Notes: generated by a model from the letters alone, not told the origin. A stretch of 64,000 nt of DNA from Dehalococcoidia bacterium (GCA_963663235.2 CAXXNO010000012.1:320001-384000); one strand, 5' to 3'. Positions 10,052 to 20,509 are shown, counted from the stretch's first letter. Made by a program: numbers and translations.

Positions 10052-11281
10052 TCACGACCGCTCGACGACGACCTCGCCGCCGAGCAGCACCATGTGGATC
10101 CGCGACCGGTCCTCGAGCACCGCGAGGTCGCTGAGCGGATCGCCGTCCACCAGCAATAGGTCGGCCAGCTTCCCCTCTTCGACGGTGCCGGCCTGCTCCG
10201 CCATGCCCAGGATCTCCGCGTTCGTCGCCGTCGACGCCACCAGCGCCCCCATCGCGCCCAGCGCCTTCGACTTAAACTGCAGCTCTCGCGCCTTGAACGG
10301 CTGATGCGCCCCCAGCAGGTCCGACCCCGAGCCGATCTTCACCCCGGCGTCTCGGGCGATCTCCACTGACCCATACGCCCCCGCCAGCGCCTCTTCGATC
10401 TTGCGCACGCTGTTCTCGGGCACCCCGCGCTCGCGACCGTCCGCGGCGATCATTTCGTACACGGCGATGGTGGGGACCAGGTACGTGCCGCTCTCGGCCA
10501 TCAGCGCCGCCGTCGCCTCGTCCAGCAAATTGCCGTGCTCCAGCGTCCGCACCCCCGCCTCGATGCAGTTCCGCATCCCCTCGGGCGTGTAGGTGTGCGC
10601 CATCACGTACTTGCCGGTGGCCTTCGCCTCCTCCACCGCCGCGCGAAGCTCGGGCACGCTGAACTGGGTCGCGCCTAGCTCATCCGTGGGCGAGATCGCC
10701 CCGCCGTTCGCCATCACCTTGACCTGGTCCGCGCCTCGGCGCAGCACCTCCCGCGCCGCCCAGCGCACCCGCTCCGGCCCGTCCACGACCAGGCTCGGCG
10801 AGAAGACGCCGGGGTCGTACTGCGGGTCGCGCGTATCGTTCCGGCGGCGAAAGTCGCCGTGGCCCCCAGTCTGCGAGATCCAGGCATTGCTGATCACCAG
10901 GCGCGGCGCCCGGATCAGCCCTCGGCTCGCGGCCTCCTTGTACCCCCAGTCCAGGCCGCCGGCGTCACGGACGGTGGTGAAGCCCGCGTCCAGCGTGGCT
11001 TCGATCTCGCGCGCGACGCGCATCGCGTACACCGCCGCGGGCTCGCGCGCCGCCGCCGCGACGCTGAACTCGACCATCGCCAGATGCACGTGCGCGTCGA
11101 TGAGCCCCGGCATCAGCGTCCGCCCCGCACAATCGACTGTCCGATCCGCCCCTCCGTCCAGCGTCCCGCTCCGCCCGATCCGGGCGATACGGCCCTCCTC
11201 AACGCGCACGGCCATCTCGCGCTGCGGGTCACGCCCCGTGCAATCCAGCACTTGCGCGTGCTCAAAGAGAATGCTGGCCAT
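10052..11281 (-). CDS. Amidohydrolase (prolidase-like metal-dependent hydrolase)
   Basis: PGLIDAHVH, GFTTVRDAGG, TGGHGD, GADQVKVMA, LEHG and GKLADLL. Confidence 0.9.
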   Translation of the reverse strand: MASILFEHAQVLDCTGRDPQREMAVRVEEGRIARIGRSGTLDGGADRTVDCAGRTLMPGLIDAHVHLAMVEFSVAAAAREPAAVYAMRVAREIEATLDAGFTTVRDAGGLDWGYKEAASRGLIRAPRLVISNAWISQTGGHGDFRRRNDTRDPQYDPGVFSPSLVVDGPERVRWAAREVLRRGADQVKVMANGGAISPTDELGATQFSVPELRAAVEEAKATGKYVMAHTYTPEGMRNCIEAGVRTLEHGNLLDEATAALMAESGTYLVPTIAVYEMIAADGRERGVPENSVRKIEEALAGAYGSVEIARDAGVKIGSGSDLLGAHQPFKARELQFKSKALGAMGALVASTATNAEILGMAEQAGTVEEGKLADLLLVDGDPLSDLAVLEDRSRIHMVLLGGEVVVERS

Positions 11282-11314
11282 CGCCCGCCCTCCGCCGTCG
11301 GGCCCCGCCGGACG

Positions 11315-11833
11315 CTACGGCTTCCGCGACCCCACCAGTACCGGCGCCAGCGCGTGCAGCAGGTCCCGCATCGAAACGATCCCCACCAGCTTGCCGTCCT
11401 CCACGACCGGCAAGTGGTGGACGCGATCGATCACCAGCCGCTCCATCGCCTTGCCGATAGGGTCGCCGGCGTTCGCCACCACGGGGTCGGGCGTCATCAG
11501 CTCGCGGATCGGGATCTGCTCCCCACTCTCGTCCGGCGGAAGTTTCAACACAATATCCCGCTCCGTGATGATCCCGACGATCGCCGCTCCGTCCACAATC
11601 ACCAGCGCGCGGATGTTGTGACGGCGCATCTTCTCCAGCGCCGCCGCAACGGACTCGTCCGGCGTCGCCGTGATCGGGTTGGGGGTGGCGATCTCCGTGA
11701 TGTGGCGCTCCAGCAGCAGCGTGGAGATCTCGTCGTGCGGCAGGGGCACGTCGATGCTGCGCAGATCGGAGCCGCAGTTGGCGCACCGATCCTGGCCTTC
11801 AATGTTCTCGGTGTCGCAGGAGGGACAGCGCAT
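11315..11833 (-). CDS. Zinc-ribbon + CBS-pair protein
   Basis: CPSC..CANC followed by two CBS repeats (GIITERDI, HHLPVV..GIVSMRD). Confidence 0.85.
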   Translation of the reverse strand: MRCPSCDTENIEGQDRCANCGSDLRSIDVPLPHDEISTLLLERHITEIATPNPITATPDESVAAALEKMRRHNIRALVIVDGAAIVGIITERDIVLKLPPDESGEQIPIRELMTPDPVVANAGDPIGKAMERLVIDRVHHLPVVEDGKLVGIVSMRDLLHALAPVLVGSRKP

Positions 11834-11836
11834 GCC

Positions 11837-12352
11837 CTACGCCCCTTCGGGTGTCGGCAGCGGCTGCGTCGGTTCCGGCGGCTGGTTGAGCACCGCCTCC
11901 GGCAGCGCCTCCGCCACGAACTCCAGCACGTCGCGCACGCTGAGCACCCCCAGCGGCCGCCCTTCGTCGTCCGTGATGGGAACGTGACGGTGCCCTTCGT
12001 CGTCCAGCAGCCGCAGCACGTCCGTAACCGTATCCTGCGGTGTCAGGCGGGAAGGGTCCGCCTTCATGACGGCCGATACCGGCGCGTCGCCCGGCGTCGT
12101 CGATCGGTACGCCTTCTCCACCAGGTCACGCTCCGTCACGATGCCGACCAGCTTGCCGTCCTCGACGATCACCAGCGTACCGACGTTCTCTCGGCGGAAG
12201 ACCTCCACCGCCTCCCGCAACGGCGTCGACGGCGCCACGCTCACCAGCGGATACCGCACCAGCGCCGAAAGCGGCGTGTGCTGGAACGCCGTCCGCACGT
12301 CCCCGCCCGCATCGCCCCCGCTTGCGGACTCGTCGGCGCCGCCGTGACTCAC
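11837..12352 (-). CDS. CBS-pair protein
   Basis: GIVTERDL and RHVPI..GVLSVRD; GTG start overlaps the ppdK stop. Confidence 0.82.
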   Translation of the reverse strand: MSHGGADESASGGDAGGDVRTAFQHTPLSALVRYPLVSVAPSTPLREAVEVFRRENVGTLVIVEDGKLVGIVTERDLVEKAYRSTTPGDAPVSAVMKADPSRLTPQDTVTDVLRLLDDEGHRHVPITDDEGRPLGVLSVRDVLEFVAEALPEAVLNQPPEPTQPLPTPEGA

Positions 12353-15072
12353 AATGCCGCCCCCCGCAACGCAGCCTGCGCGGCCGCCAGCCGGGCGATG
12401 CGCACCCGGTACGGCGAGCAAGAGACGTAGTCGAAGCCGGCCTCGTGGCAGAACTCGATCGAGGCCGGGTTCCCGCCGTGCTCCCCGCAGATGCCGATCT
12501 TGAGGTCGGGGACCGTCTGGCGGCCCCGCTCGATGCCCATGCGCACCAGGTCGCCCACGCCCTCCCGGTCCAACTCCACGAAGGGGTCCCGCTCCAGCAG
12601 CCGCTTCTCGAGGTACGCGGGAAGGAAACGGCCGGCATCGTCGCGCGAAAGCCCGAAGACGGTCTGTGTCAGGTCGTTGGTGCCGAACGAGAAGAAGTCG
12701 GTGTGCGCGGCGATGGCGGCCGCCGTGACGCAAGCGCGAGGCAGTTCGATCATCGTGCCGATGGTGTAGTCGACGCGCACACTCCGCTCCGCCATCACCT
12801 CTTCCGCCACCGCCACGATACGCTCCCGCACCTGCCGCAGCTCCTCCGCCATACCCACCAGCGGCACCATGATCTCCGGAGTCACTCGCACGCCCTCGGC
12901 CGTCAGCGTGCAGGCCGCCTCCATGATCGCCCGCGTTTGTGCGTCGTAGATCTCTGGGTAGGTGATTGCCAGCCGCACACCGCGATGCCCCAGCATGGGG
13001 TTGAACTCCTCCAGCGCCGCGACGCGCCGCTCTACGTCCGCCGTCGACGTCCCCAGCGTCTCCGCCAGGCGCGCAATCTCCTCCGCGCCCCGCGGAAGGA
13101 ACTCGTGCAGCGGCGGATCGAGCAGGCGGACGGTCACGGGGTACCCCTCCATGACGCGGAGGATCCCTTCAAAGTCCTGGCGCTGCATCGGCAGGATCTT
13201 GTCCAGCGCAGCCCGACGCGCCTGCGCCCCCTCCGCCAGGATCATCTGCCGCACCGCCAGGATGCGGTCCTCCCCAAAGAACATGTGCTCGGTGCGGCAC
13301 AGCCCGATCCCCTCAGCCCCAAACTCGCGGGCCCGCGCCGCGTCCTGCGGCGTGTCCGCGTTGGCCCGCACCCCCAGCCGCCGTTCGGCGTCGGCCCAGC
13401 CCATCAGCCGTTCGTACTCGTCCGGCAGGACCGGCGCCACCAGCGGCACGCTGTCCAGCATCACCTCTCCGCTGCTGCCGTCCAACGAAACGATGTCGCC
13501 CCGCCGGACCACCACTTCGCCCTGCCCGTCGACCTGCACGCTGAACTGGCCCCGCTGATAGTCGATGGCGATCGCGTCGCAGCCGGCGACGCAGCACTTG
13601 CCCCAGCCCCGCGCCACCACCGCCGCGTGCGACGTCATGCCGCCCCGCGCCGTCAGGATCCCGCGGGCCACGATCATCCCCTGGATGTCCTCGGGGCTGG
13701 TCTCCGTGCGAACCAGGATCACCGCCTCGCCGCGCTCGCTCCATTCGTTCGCCTCCTCGGTCGAGAACACCACTCGGCCCACGGCCGCGCCCGGCGAGGC
13801 CGGCAGCCCCTTCGCGATCACATGCCGCGGGGCCAGCTCATCGAAAACCGCATGCAGCAACTCGGTGAGCTGCTCGGGATCTTGGCGCAGGACGGCCTCC
13901 CGCTCATCGATGATCCCTTCCGCCACCAGGTCCACGGCGATCGTCACCCCCGCCCGCCCCGTGCGTTTGCCGGTGCGCGTTTGCAGGATCCACAGCTTCG
14001 ATTGCTGGACGGTGAACTCCACGTCCTGCATGTCCCGATAGTGCGCCTCCAGCGTCTCGCAGGCGCGGCGCAGGTCGGCGTAGACCGCCGGCGTCGTCGC
14101 CTCCATCGAGTCCGGCCCGTCGTTCGCGCGGATCGGCCGCGGCGTGCGCACGCCCGCTACCACGTCCTCACCCTGGGCGTTGGGGAGGAACTCCCCAAAC
14201 AGGCTCCGGTCACCCGTCTTCGGATCGCGGGTGAAGACCACGCCCGTCGCGCAGTCCTCGCCCAGATTGCCGAAGACCATGGCTTGCACGTTCACGGCGG
14301 TGCCCCAATCGGAGGGATAGCCGTGCAAGTCGCGGTAGACCAGCGCGCGGGGACTCTCCCAAGAGTTGAAGACCGCCCCGATCGCGGCCCACAGCTGCTC
14401 CCAGGGATCGTCCGGGAACGAGATCCCCAGCCGGCGATGGATCTCCGCTTTTCCTTCGCTCACCAACTCCCGCAAGGCGTCGGCGGCCAGCTCCGTGTCC
14501 AGCGTGACGCCGTGCTCGCGCTTCTTGCGCTCCAGAATCACCTCAAACGGGTCCTCGTGCAGCTCGGATTCGCGCTTGAGGCCCAGCACCACGTCGCCGT
14601 ACATCGCCACGAAGCGCCGGTAGGAATCGAAGGCGAAGCGCGGGTCACCGGACCGGCGCGACAACCCCTCCACCGTCCCATCGTTCAGGCCCAGGTTGAG
14701 CACCGTGTCCATCATGCCCGGCATGGAGACGCGGGCGCCGGAGCGGACGGACACCAGCAGCGGGTTCTCCCCGTCGCCGAACCGCGCCCCCACGACCTGC
14801 TCGATGCGCGCCACGCCCTCCCGCACCTGCTGCTCCAGCCCGGCGGGATAGCGTCGGCCCAGCGCGTAGAAGGCGTTGCAGGCTTCGGTCGTGATCGTGA
14901 GCCCCGGTGGCACGGGGATGCCGAGGTTGCTCATCTCCGCCAGGCCGGACCCTTTCCCGCCCAGCAGGTCACGCTGATCGCGGCTGCCGTCTGCCCGGCC
15001 GTCGCCGAACAGATAGACGCGCTTATCGGAGAGCGGAGACTCCTCGCGCTGCTGAGAAGCGGTGGTTGCCAT
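12349..15072 (-). CDS. ppdK: Pyruvate, phosphate dikinase
   Basis: LLGGKG, PLLVSVRSGARVSMPGMMDT, GGMTSHAAVVARG, GIGLCRTEHMF, FSFGTNDLTQ and GICGEHGG. Confidence 0.97.
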   Translation of the reverse strand: MATTASQQREESPLSDKRVYLFGDGRADGSRDQRDLLGGKGSGLAEMSNLGIPVPPGLTITTEACNAFYALGRRYPAGLEQQVREGVARIEQVVGARFGDGENPLLVSVRSGARVSMPGMMDTVLNLGLNDGTVEGLSRRSGDPRFAFDSYRRFVAMYGDVVLGLKRESELHEDPFEVILERKKREHGVTLDTELAADALRELVSEGKAEIHRRLGISFPDDPWEQLWAAIGAVFNSWESPRALVYRDLHGYPSDWGTAVNVQAMVFGNLGEDCATGVVFTRDPKTGDRSLFGEFLPNAQGEDVVAGVRTPRPIRANDGPDSMEATTPAVYADLRRACETLEAHYRDMQDVEFTVQQSKLWILQTRTGKRTGRAGVTIAVDLVAEGIIDEREAVLRQDPEQLTELLHAVFDELAPRHVIAKGLPASPGAAVGRVVFSTEEANEWSERGEAVILVRTETSPEDIQGMIVARGILTARGGMTSHAAVVARGWGKCCVAGCDAIAIDYQRGQFSVQVDGQGEVVVRRGDIVSLDGSSGEVMLDSVPLVAPVLPDEYERLMGWADAERRLGVRANADTPQDAARAREFGAEGIGLCRTEHMFFGEDRILAVRQMILAEGAQARRAALDKILPMQRQDFEGILRVMEGYPVTVRLLDPPLHEFLPRGAEEIARLAETLGTSTADVERRVAALEEFNPMLGHRGVRLAITYPEIYDAQTRAIMEAACTLTAEGVRVTPEIMVPLVGMAEELRQVRERIVAVAEEVMAERSVRVDYTIGTMIELPRACVTAAAIAAHTDFFSFGTNDLTQTVFGLSRDDAGRFLPAYLEKRLLERDPFVELDREGVGDLVRMGIERGRQTVPDLKIGICGEHGGNPASIEFCHEAGFDYVSCSPYRVRIARLAAAQAALRGAAL

Positions 15073-15254
15073 CAAGGCTCCCTCAACATCCGGCCCCGGC
15101 GGCAGACAGCGGCGAGACTGGCTGATGACTCCAGATCCTCGCGCAGGCCAAAGCGGCCGGACGCGCCCATGAACCATCTTAGGCGGCGCGCCTCCTCTTC
15201 GCCGCGCGATCCATCCGCCCAGCTCCGTTATCCTCGCTGCACGGAGCGCGACCG

Positions 15255-15617
15255 ATGGCCCCACGCCCGAACAGCGACGCCGCCGTGACCGCGCGAATCG
15301 CCCTGATCCCGCGCCCGGAACGGGAAACCGCGACCGCCCTGCGGGACCTGATCCGGGCCGCCCTGCCGCGCGCACAAGAATCGATAAAATGAGGCTATCC
15401 CACCTACTCGGGCGAGAGCAACATCTGCTCCCTCAATCCGGCCAAGGGCTACGTCCGCCTCCAGTTCTTCCGGGGGGCGCATCTCCACGACCCCCACGGC
15501 CTGCTGGAAGGCACGGGCAAGGGCATGCGGCACATCAAGGTCCGGCGTCGCGCGGACGTGAAGAAGGGCCGCATGACCGCCCTGCTCAAGGCGGCTGAGA
15601 AGCTCGACCGCTCCTAG
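15255..15617 (+). pseudogene. DUF1801/YdhG-like protein with an in-frame TGA (not in the ORF track)
   Basis: Reads MAPRPNSD..LRDLIRAALPRAQESIK*GYPTY..DPHGLLEGTGKGMRHIK. TGA at 15390-15392 sits where the family has Trp. GGAG RBS upstream. Confidence 0.75.
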
Positions 15618-15759
15618 AACGACGAGCCCGCCCGGAGCGCGGCGGCCCGCCGGTCGTGTGTCGTACGTCATCGGGGTGGGGAAAGATCCTCAGCAGACGC
15701 CGCCCGCGGAAGTCCGCCGCCTCGCCGTTCAAGACCCCCGATCGAGCGGCCTTTCCCGC

Positions 15760-16218
15760 CTAAGCGACGGGGTGCACCCGCAGATCCACCTGGTAGTCGA
15801 TCTCCGGCTTGATGATTTGGCTCACGTAGCAACCGCGCTCCGCCCGCCTCAGTAAGGGGCGCACGGTCTCTTCCGGTGCGGAACTCCAGACATCGAGTTC
15901 CAGGGTGATCCGCTCCACCCACTTCTCCGGGTTTGCGCGCGTCCGCGCCTCGATCCGGGCAATGGGTACGTCGCGCCGCTCCGCCACTATCTGGAACGTG
16001 ATGAGCATGCAGGCGCTGAGCGCTCCCAGGAACGCGTTGACCGGGGTCGGTCCCAGGTCGCTGCCGCCTGTGGCGGCCGACCCGTCCAACGTCCACTCGT
16101 GCCGCTTGCGGCGCAGGTTGACGGCGACCGACGCGCCCTCCGCCACCGCGCGCACGTCTCGCTTCTCGAACGGCGCATCCGTCGCGGACGGGACCGAAAC
16201 GCCACCTGTCTGCTCCAT
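15760..16218 (-). CDS. OsmC family protein
   Basis: GGSDLGPTP..LGALSAC and AERGCYVS; GGAGG RBS. Confidence 0.85.
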   Translation of the reverse strand: MEQTGGVSVPSATDAPFEKRDVRAVAEGASVAVNLRRKRHEWTLDGSAATGGSDLGPTPVNAFLGALSACMLITFQIVAERRDVPIARIEARTRANPEKWVERITLELDVWSSAPEETVRPLLRRAERGCYVSQIIKPEIDYQVDLRVHPVA

Positions 16219-16312
16219 CGCAACGACCTCCTCCAGCACGCTCAGCCAGTCGCGCTGCGCGCCGCTCGATTGTTTCAGCCGCGGCGGCCGCCTTCAAGCG
16301 CTCCCGGTAGCC

Positions 16313-17164
16313 CTAGCCGCCCGTCCTCCCGGCGACCACCTTCGCCAGGCGGTCCAGTTCCGGAAGCACGGCCGCCCTCGGTCCGCTTGGCACCTCAAAG
16401 ATGCACCGCTCGATGCCCGCCCGTTCGTACGCCGCGATCAAGCCCGCGTCCGCCATCAGCAACGACGTCCCCACCGCGTCTGGATCGCGACCGGCGGCCT
16501 CAGTCCGCTTGCGCAGGTCTGCGACCCCGTGCGCGAGCCAGTCGGGGTCCGCAGCGGTGGGCAGCCAGCCGTCGGCCCACTCCGCCACCCGCTGCCGGCA
16601 CCAGCGGCTCGCCGCGCCGATGTAGACCGGCGGGTGCGGCGACTGCGCCGGCTTGGGGTAGACGAACGTCCGCGGCACGTTCACGAACTCACTCTGGTAC
16701 TCCGGCTCTTCTTCGGTCCACATCCGCTTCATCGCCGCCACCCGCTGCTCGGTCACCTGCCAGCGCGTCTCGAAGCGCGTCCCCAGCGGTTCCATCTCCT
16801 CGCGCAGCCAGCCCGCCCCGACGCCGAACAGCAACCGGCCGCCCGAGATGTCGTCCAGGCTGGCCACCGCCTTGGCCAGCGCGATCGGTTCGTGCTCCGT
16901 GACGAGGCAAACGGCCGTCCCCAGCTTGATCGTGCCGGTCGCCCCGGCGGCCGCCGCCAGCGCCACCAGCGGATCGTGCGCGCGCAGGTACCGCTCCGGC
17001 AGCGATCCGTCCTCGGACAGCGGGAACGGCGTCTGCCGCTTCACCGGGATGTGCACGTGTTCCGGCACCCACAGCGACTCGAACCCCCGCTCCTCGGCCG
17101 CCCGCGCCACCTCGACGATGGGCATCGCCTTGTCCGTCGCGAAGATAAAGATCCCGAACTTCAC
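16313..17164 (-). CDS. LLM-class (probably F420-dependent) oxidoreductase
   Basis: AEERGFESLWVPEHVHIP, LAKAVASLDDISGGR..GVGAGWLREE and PKPAQ.PHPP. Confidence 0.9.
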   Translation of the reverse strand: MKFGIFIFATDKAMPIVEVARAAEERGFESLWVPEHVHIPVKRQTPFPLSEDGSLPERYLRAHDPLVALAAAAGATGTIKLGTAVCLVTEHEPIALAKAVASLDDISGGRLLFGVGAGWLREEMEPLGTRFETRWQVTEQRVAAMKRMWTEEEPEYQSEFVNVPRTFVYPKPAQSPHPPVYIGAASRWCRQRVAEWADGWLPTAADPDWLAHGVADLRKRTEAAGRDPDAVGTSLLMADAGLIAAYERAGIERCIFEVPSGPRAAVLPELDRLAKVVAGRTGG

Positions 17165-17291
17165 AGCGGCTCTCCTCTCGTCCGGCACCGCCGCGGCGGC
17201 GCGACGCCTAGACACTGATGCGCTAGGCTAATCCATCCAGACAGCCGATTCGAACGGCCGCTCGGCCGCCACGGGGAAAGAGGCGCGCGCG

Positions 17292-18383
17292 ATGGAACTC
17301 GGTCTGATCACCAACACTCACGGCTGCGGCGGTCGCGACGACACCGACTGGTGGCACCAGCCCATGCCGCCGGAGGAGATGCGCCCGGTCGAGTCCGCCC
17401 AACTGGCGGAGCGACTCGGCTTCTACATGGTCTCCTTCGGCGATCACGTCGCCTTTCCGGAGGCCTCCCCGGAGTCGCTGACTCCCGTCTACCGCGAGGG
17501 CCGCTCCAACCTAGAGGTGCGCCAGCGCGGCGAACTGGAGGGCGACGTCGGCAGCGCCAAGCGCCACTATCCGCCCAAGCCCAACATCCTCGACGGCATG
17601 GTTGTCATGGGCGCCATCGCCACGCATACCAGCCGCATCAGGATGGGCTCCGGCGTGCTCATCTCCCCCTATCGCCACCCTCTCAGCGATGCCCGCCAGT
17701 TCGCCACCATCGACTACCTCTCCAACGGCCGCCTGCTCATGGGGGTGGGCGCCGGCTGGATGAAGGAAGAGTTTGACGTGCTCGGCCTCGATCACAGCAA
17801 GCGCCTGCAGATGCTGGAGGAGTGCATCCAGGTGTATGACTGCTGCTGGACCCAAGACTTCGCCACCTTCCACGGCCAGTTCTACGACTTCGAGAACGTC
17901 GTCATGTTCCCCAAGCCCATCCAGAATCCCCGCCCGCCCTTCATCGTCGGCGCTACCACCAAACCCGGTGCCCGCATCACCGCCCGCTACGGCGACGCCC
18001 TCTACCCCATCCTCGTCCAAGCCAACACCCGCCCCCACGAGTACGACGTCCTCCAAGACGAGATCCGCCGCGAATGCGAGAAGATCGGCCGCGACCCCTC
18101 CGAGATCGCGATGATGGGCATCGTCTCCGCCCGCATTACGGATGCCAAAGACGAGGAAGCCACCCGCAAGCCCCGCCGCAACTTCGGCGGCACCGCCGAG
18201 CAGATCCTCTCCGACGTGGAGCGCTTCGCCGACGCCGGCTACTCCCTGCTCAACCTGGCGCCGCACGCCATCTCCGCCACCTACCAGGAGTGGGAGGAGC
18301 AAGTCCAGCGCATCGGCGAGGAGGTCCTGCCCCAGGCCAAGAAGATCAAGGCCGCGGGCGAGTGGCGCCAGGACCTCTGGTGA
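17292..18383 (+). CDS. LLM-class flavin-dependent oxidoreductase
   Basis: FGDHV, YRHP..ARQFATIDYLSNGR..GVGAGWMKEEF and PKPIQNPRPP. Confidence 0.88.
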   Translation: MELGLITNTHGCGGRDDTDWWHQPMPPEEMRPVESAQLAERLGFYMVSFGDHVAFPEASPESLTPVYREGRSNLEVRQRGELEGDVGSAKRHYPPKPNILDGMVVMGAIATHTSRIRMGSGVLISPYRHPLSDARQFATIDYLSNGRLLMGVGAGWMKEEFDVLGLDHSKRLQMLEECIQVYDCCWTQDFATFHGQFYDFENVVMFPKPIQNPRPPFIVGATTKPGARITARYGDALYPILVQANTRPHEYDVLQDEIRRECEKIGRDPSEIAMMGIVSARITDAKDEEATRKPRRNFGGTAEQILSDVERFADAGYSLLNLAPHAISATYQEWEEQVQRIGEEVLPQAKKIKAAGEWRQDLW

Positions 18384-18452
18384 GGCGGACCCACAACCGC
18401 CCGGCCATCTCCCGGATATAGAGATCCGAGACACCGCGGAAGGGGTGGGATC

Positions 18453-19244
18453 ATGCAGCGCGCAAACGTCGGCAGCGTCGAAGTCGTTGGCTTGGTGGAT
18501 ACACGTTTCGCCTTCCCGGTAGGCGGCGTCTTTCCAGAGATCGGGAAAGCGGCCTCCCAGTACCGGCACTTCCTCACCCCCGATGGCGACGTCCCCATGA
18601 TCTGCGCCTGCTTCCTCCTCCGGGCCAACGGCCAGACCATCCTCGTCGACACCGGCTACGCCGAGGCGGGCGACGCCCGCCTCCTGCCCGACCTCGAGAC
18701 CGCCGGCGTCAAGCTCGCCGATGTCGACACGGTCGTCTTTACCCACCTGCATCCGGACCACACCGCCTGGAACATCGACCGCAAGACCGGCGACCCGACC
18801 TTTCCCAACGCCCGCTACTGGGCGCCGCAGGCCGATTGGGACTTCTTCGACGCCCAAGGCGCCGACCACTTCACCCGCGACATGAAGCCGCTGCAAGCCG
18901 CCGGCCAACTCGATCTCTTCAGCGGCGAGAAGACCGTCACGCCATCCCTGACCACGCTCCCCACGCCGGGGCATACGCCCGGACACTCCAGCATCGCCAT
19001 CGTCTCCGGCAACGATCGCGGCTTCATCCTGGGCGACGTCGTACTCTCCGCGCTGGACGTCCAGGATCCCGATCTCGTCAACAGCTTCGATACCGACAGC
19101 GACCAGGCGCGGCAGACCCGCCTGACCATCCTCAAGCGCTTGGAATCGGGGCAAGAGCTAGTCGGCGCCGCGCATCTCCCGGGCGAGGGCCTGGGCCACT
19201 TCGGCCTCATGGAGGGCCGCCGCGTCTGGCGGCCGCTCACCTGA
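18453..19244 (+). CDS. MBL-fold metallo-hydrolase
   Basis: THLHPDH and TPGHTPGH motifs. Confidence 0.9.
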   Translation: MQRANVGSVEVVGLVDTRFAFPVGGVFPEIGKAASQYRHFLTPDGDVPMICACFLLRANGQTILVDTGYAEAGDARLLPDLETAGVKLADVDTVVFTHLHPDHTAWNIDRKTGDPTFPNARYWAPQADWDFFDAQGADHFTRDMKPLQAAGQLDLFSGEKTVTPSLTTLPTPGHTPGHSSIAIVSGNDRGFILGDVVLSALDVQDPDLVNSFDTDSDQARQTRLTILKRLESGQELVGAAHLPGEGLGHFGLMEGRRVWRPLT

Positions 19245-19261
19245 CCGGGGCTTGGGGGCCG

Positions 19262-19711
19262 CTAGCTCGGCCGCTTCCGGATCAGATAGGCGTGCATGCC
19301 CTCCAGGCAGAGCTCGCCGTGGTGGTTGGTGATCCGGCTCGTCAGACGCACCAACCCCATGTCTGTCTTCGGGACCAGTTCGCTCACCTCTAGCTCCGGC
19401 GTAATCGTGTCGCCGATCAGCACCGGCTTGAGGAATCGGGACGACTGCTCCAGGAACGCCACGATCGACCCCTCGATTAACGGGTTCAACGTCGAGGCCC
19501 CCGCCGCCGTCATCGATGCCAGCAGCAGCCCGTGCGTCACCCGCTTGCCGAAGCGGGTCCCCTTGGCGAACTCCTCGTCGTAGTGGATCGGGTTGTTGTC
19601 CCCGGTGAGCCCGGAGAAGAAAAGGAAGTGCGCGTCCGTCACCGTCTTGGACGGGATAGAGAACGTCTCCCCGATCTGGAAGTCCTCAAAGTACTTCGTC
19701 GCCTCTGTCAT
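19262..19711 (-). CDS. MaoC family dehydratase
   Basis: YFEDFQIGE, LTGDNNPIH, RVTHG and FLKPVLIGDTI. Confidence 0.9.
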   Translation of the reverse strand: MTEATKYFEDFQIGETFSIPSKTVTDAHFLFFSGLTGDNNPIHYDEEFAKGTRFGKRVTHGLLLASMTAAGASTLNPLIEGSIVAFLEQSSRFLKPVLIGDTITPELEVSELVPKTDMGLVRLTSRITNHHGELCLEGMHAYLIRKRPS

Positions 19712-19737
19712 CGCCTCTCCTGCCGCCGTTCCCGCCG

Positions 19738-20337
19738 CTATCGCCTCGCGGCCCGCTTCCGCGCCGGAGCTTTCCGTGCCGGAGCTTTCCGTGCCGGAGC
19801 CTTGCGCGCCGTCTTCTTTGCGGCCGTCCGTTTCGCCGCCCTTTTCCGCGCGGGCGCTCTCTTCGCGGCGCTCTTCCGCGCCCGACCCTTCTTGGCGGCG
19901 GCCTTCCGCGCCGGGGCCCGCTTCCGCGCCCGCGCCGCCGGCCGCCGCGGCTCGTCCAACACGGCGATGGCGTCTATCTCGATCAGCGCGCCGTCCCGGA
20001 GGATTCCCTTGATGATCACCCCCGTGGCCGCCGAGAAGCCGTTCTTCATGAACTCCCGACGGACCGCCGCGGTCTCCCGGTATCGCTCCGTTGTCGTGAT
20101 GAACTCCGTCGTCTTCACCACGTCGTCGAAGCTGCTCCCGGCGGCCTTGAGGATCTGATCCAGCTTCCGGTAGATCTGCCGCGTCTGTGACGCGATGTCC
20201 GGCCCGACGAGCCGGCCGCTCTCGTCCGTGCCCGTCATCCCGGAGATGAACAGCAAGTTGCCCTTCCGCACCGCCGGCGAGAACGTGTAGCGGTCGCTCC
20301 ACTCCCAGCCCGGATTCACCACCTCAAACTTGGGCAT
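19738..20337 (-). CDS. RidA/YjgF family protein with a Lys/Arg/Ala-rich histone-like tail
   Basis: FSPAVRKGNLLFISG..QTRQ..DVVK..LIEIDAIAV followed by ~70 aa of ARKAP/AAKK repeats. Confidence 0.85.
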   Translation of the reverse strand: MPKFEVVNPGWEWSDRYTFSPAVRKGNLLFISGMTGTDESGRLVGPDIASQTRQIYRKLDQILKAAGSSFDDVVKTTEFITTTERYRETAAVRREFMKNGFSAATGVIIKGILRDGALIEIDAIAVLDEPRRPAARARKRAPARKAAAKKGRARKSAAKRAPARKRAAKRTAAKKTARKAPARKAPARKAPARKRAARR

Positions 20338-20509
20338 CGCTTCCTCCTTGTGCTCCCACGGGACGCAGCGTGCGCCCGCCCCGAAACTGGTGCGAGGATC
20401 GCCGATGTCCCACAACATTTCAAGCGGGCATCGGCGTCTCGCTCGATGCCGCCCGCCTCTACAACCGCACGATCGCCCCCTGCGCCTCCAGCCGATGCCG
20501 CAGAGCTTC

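Noticed and set aside
12322-15288. Long antisense or alternate-frame ORFs (for example 12322-15288+, 7727-9532+, 55298-57778+, 48408-50729-)
   Set aside because: Shadow frames of motif-supported genes in high-GC DNA, with no recognisable domains.
15390-15392. TGA at Trp/Cys positions (also 6606) and TAG at 27055 as genetic-code reassignment, Sec or Pyl
   Set aside because: TGA and TAG terminate many intact genes here, TGG is used normally, and all three stop types occur as lesions.
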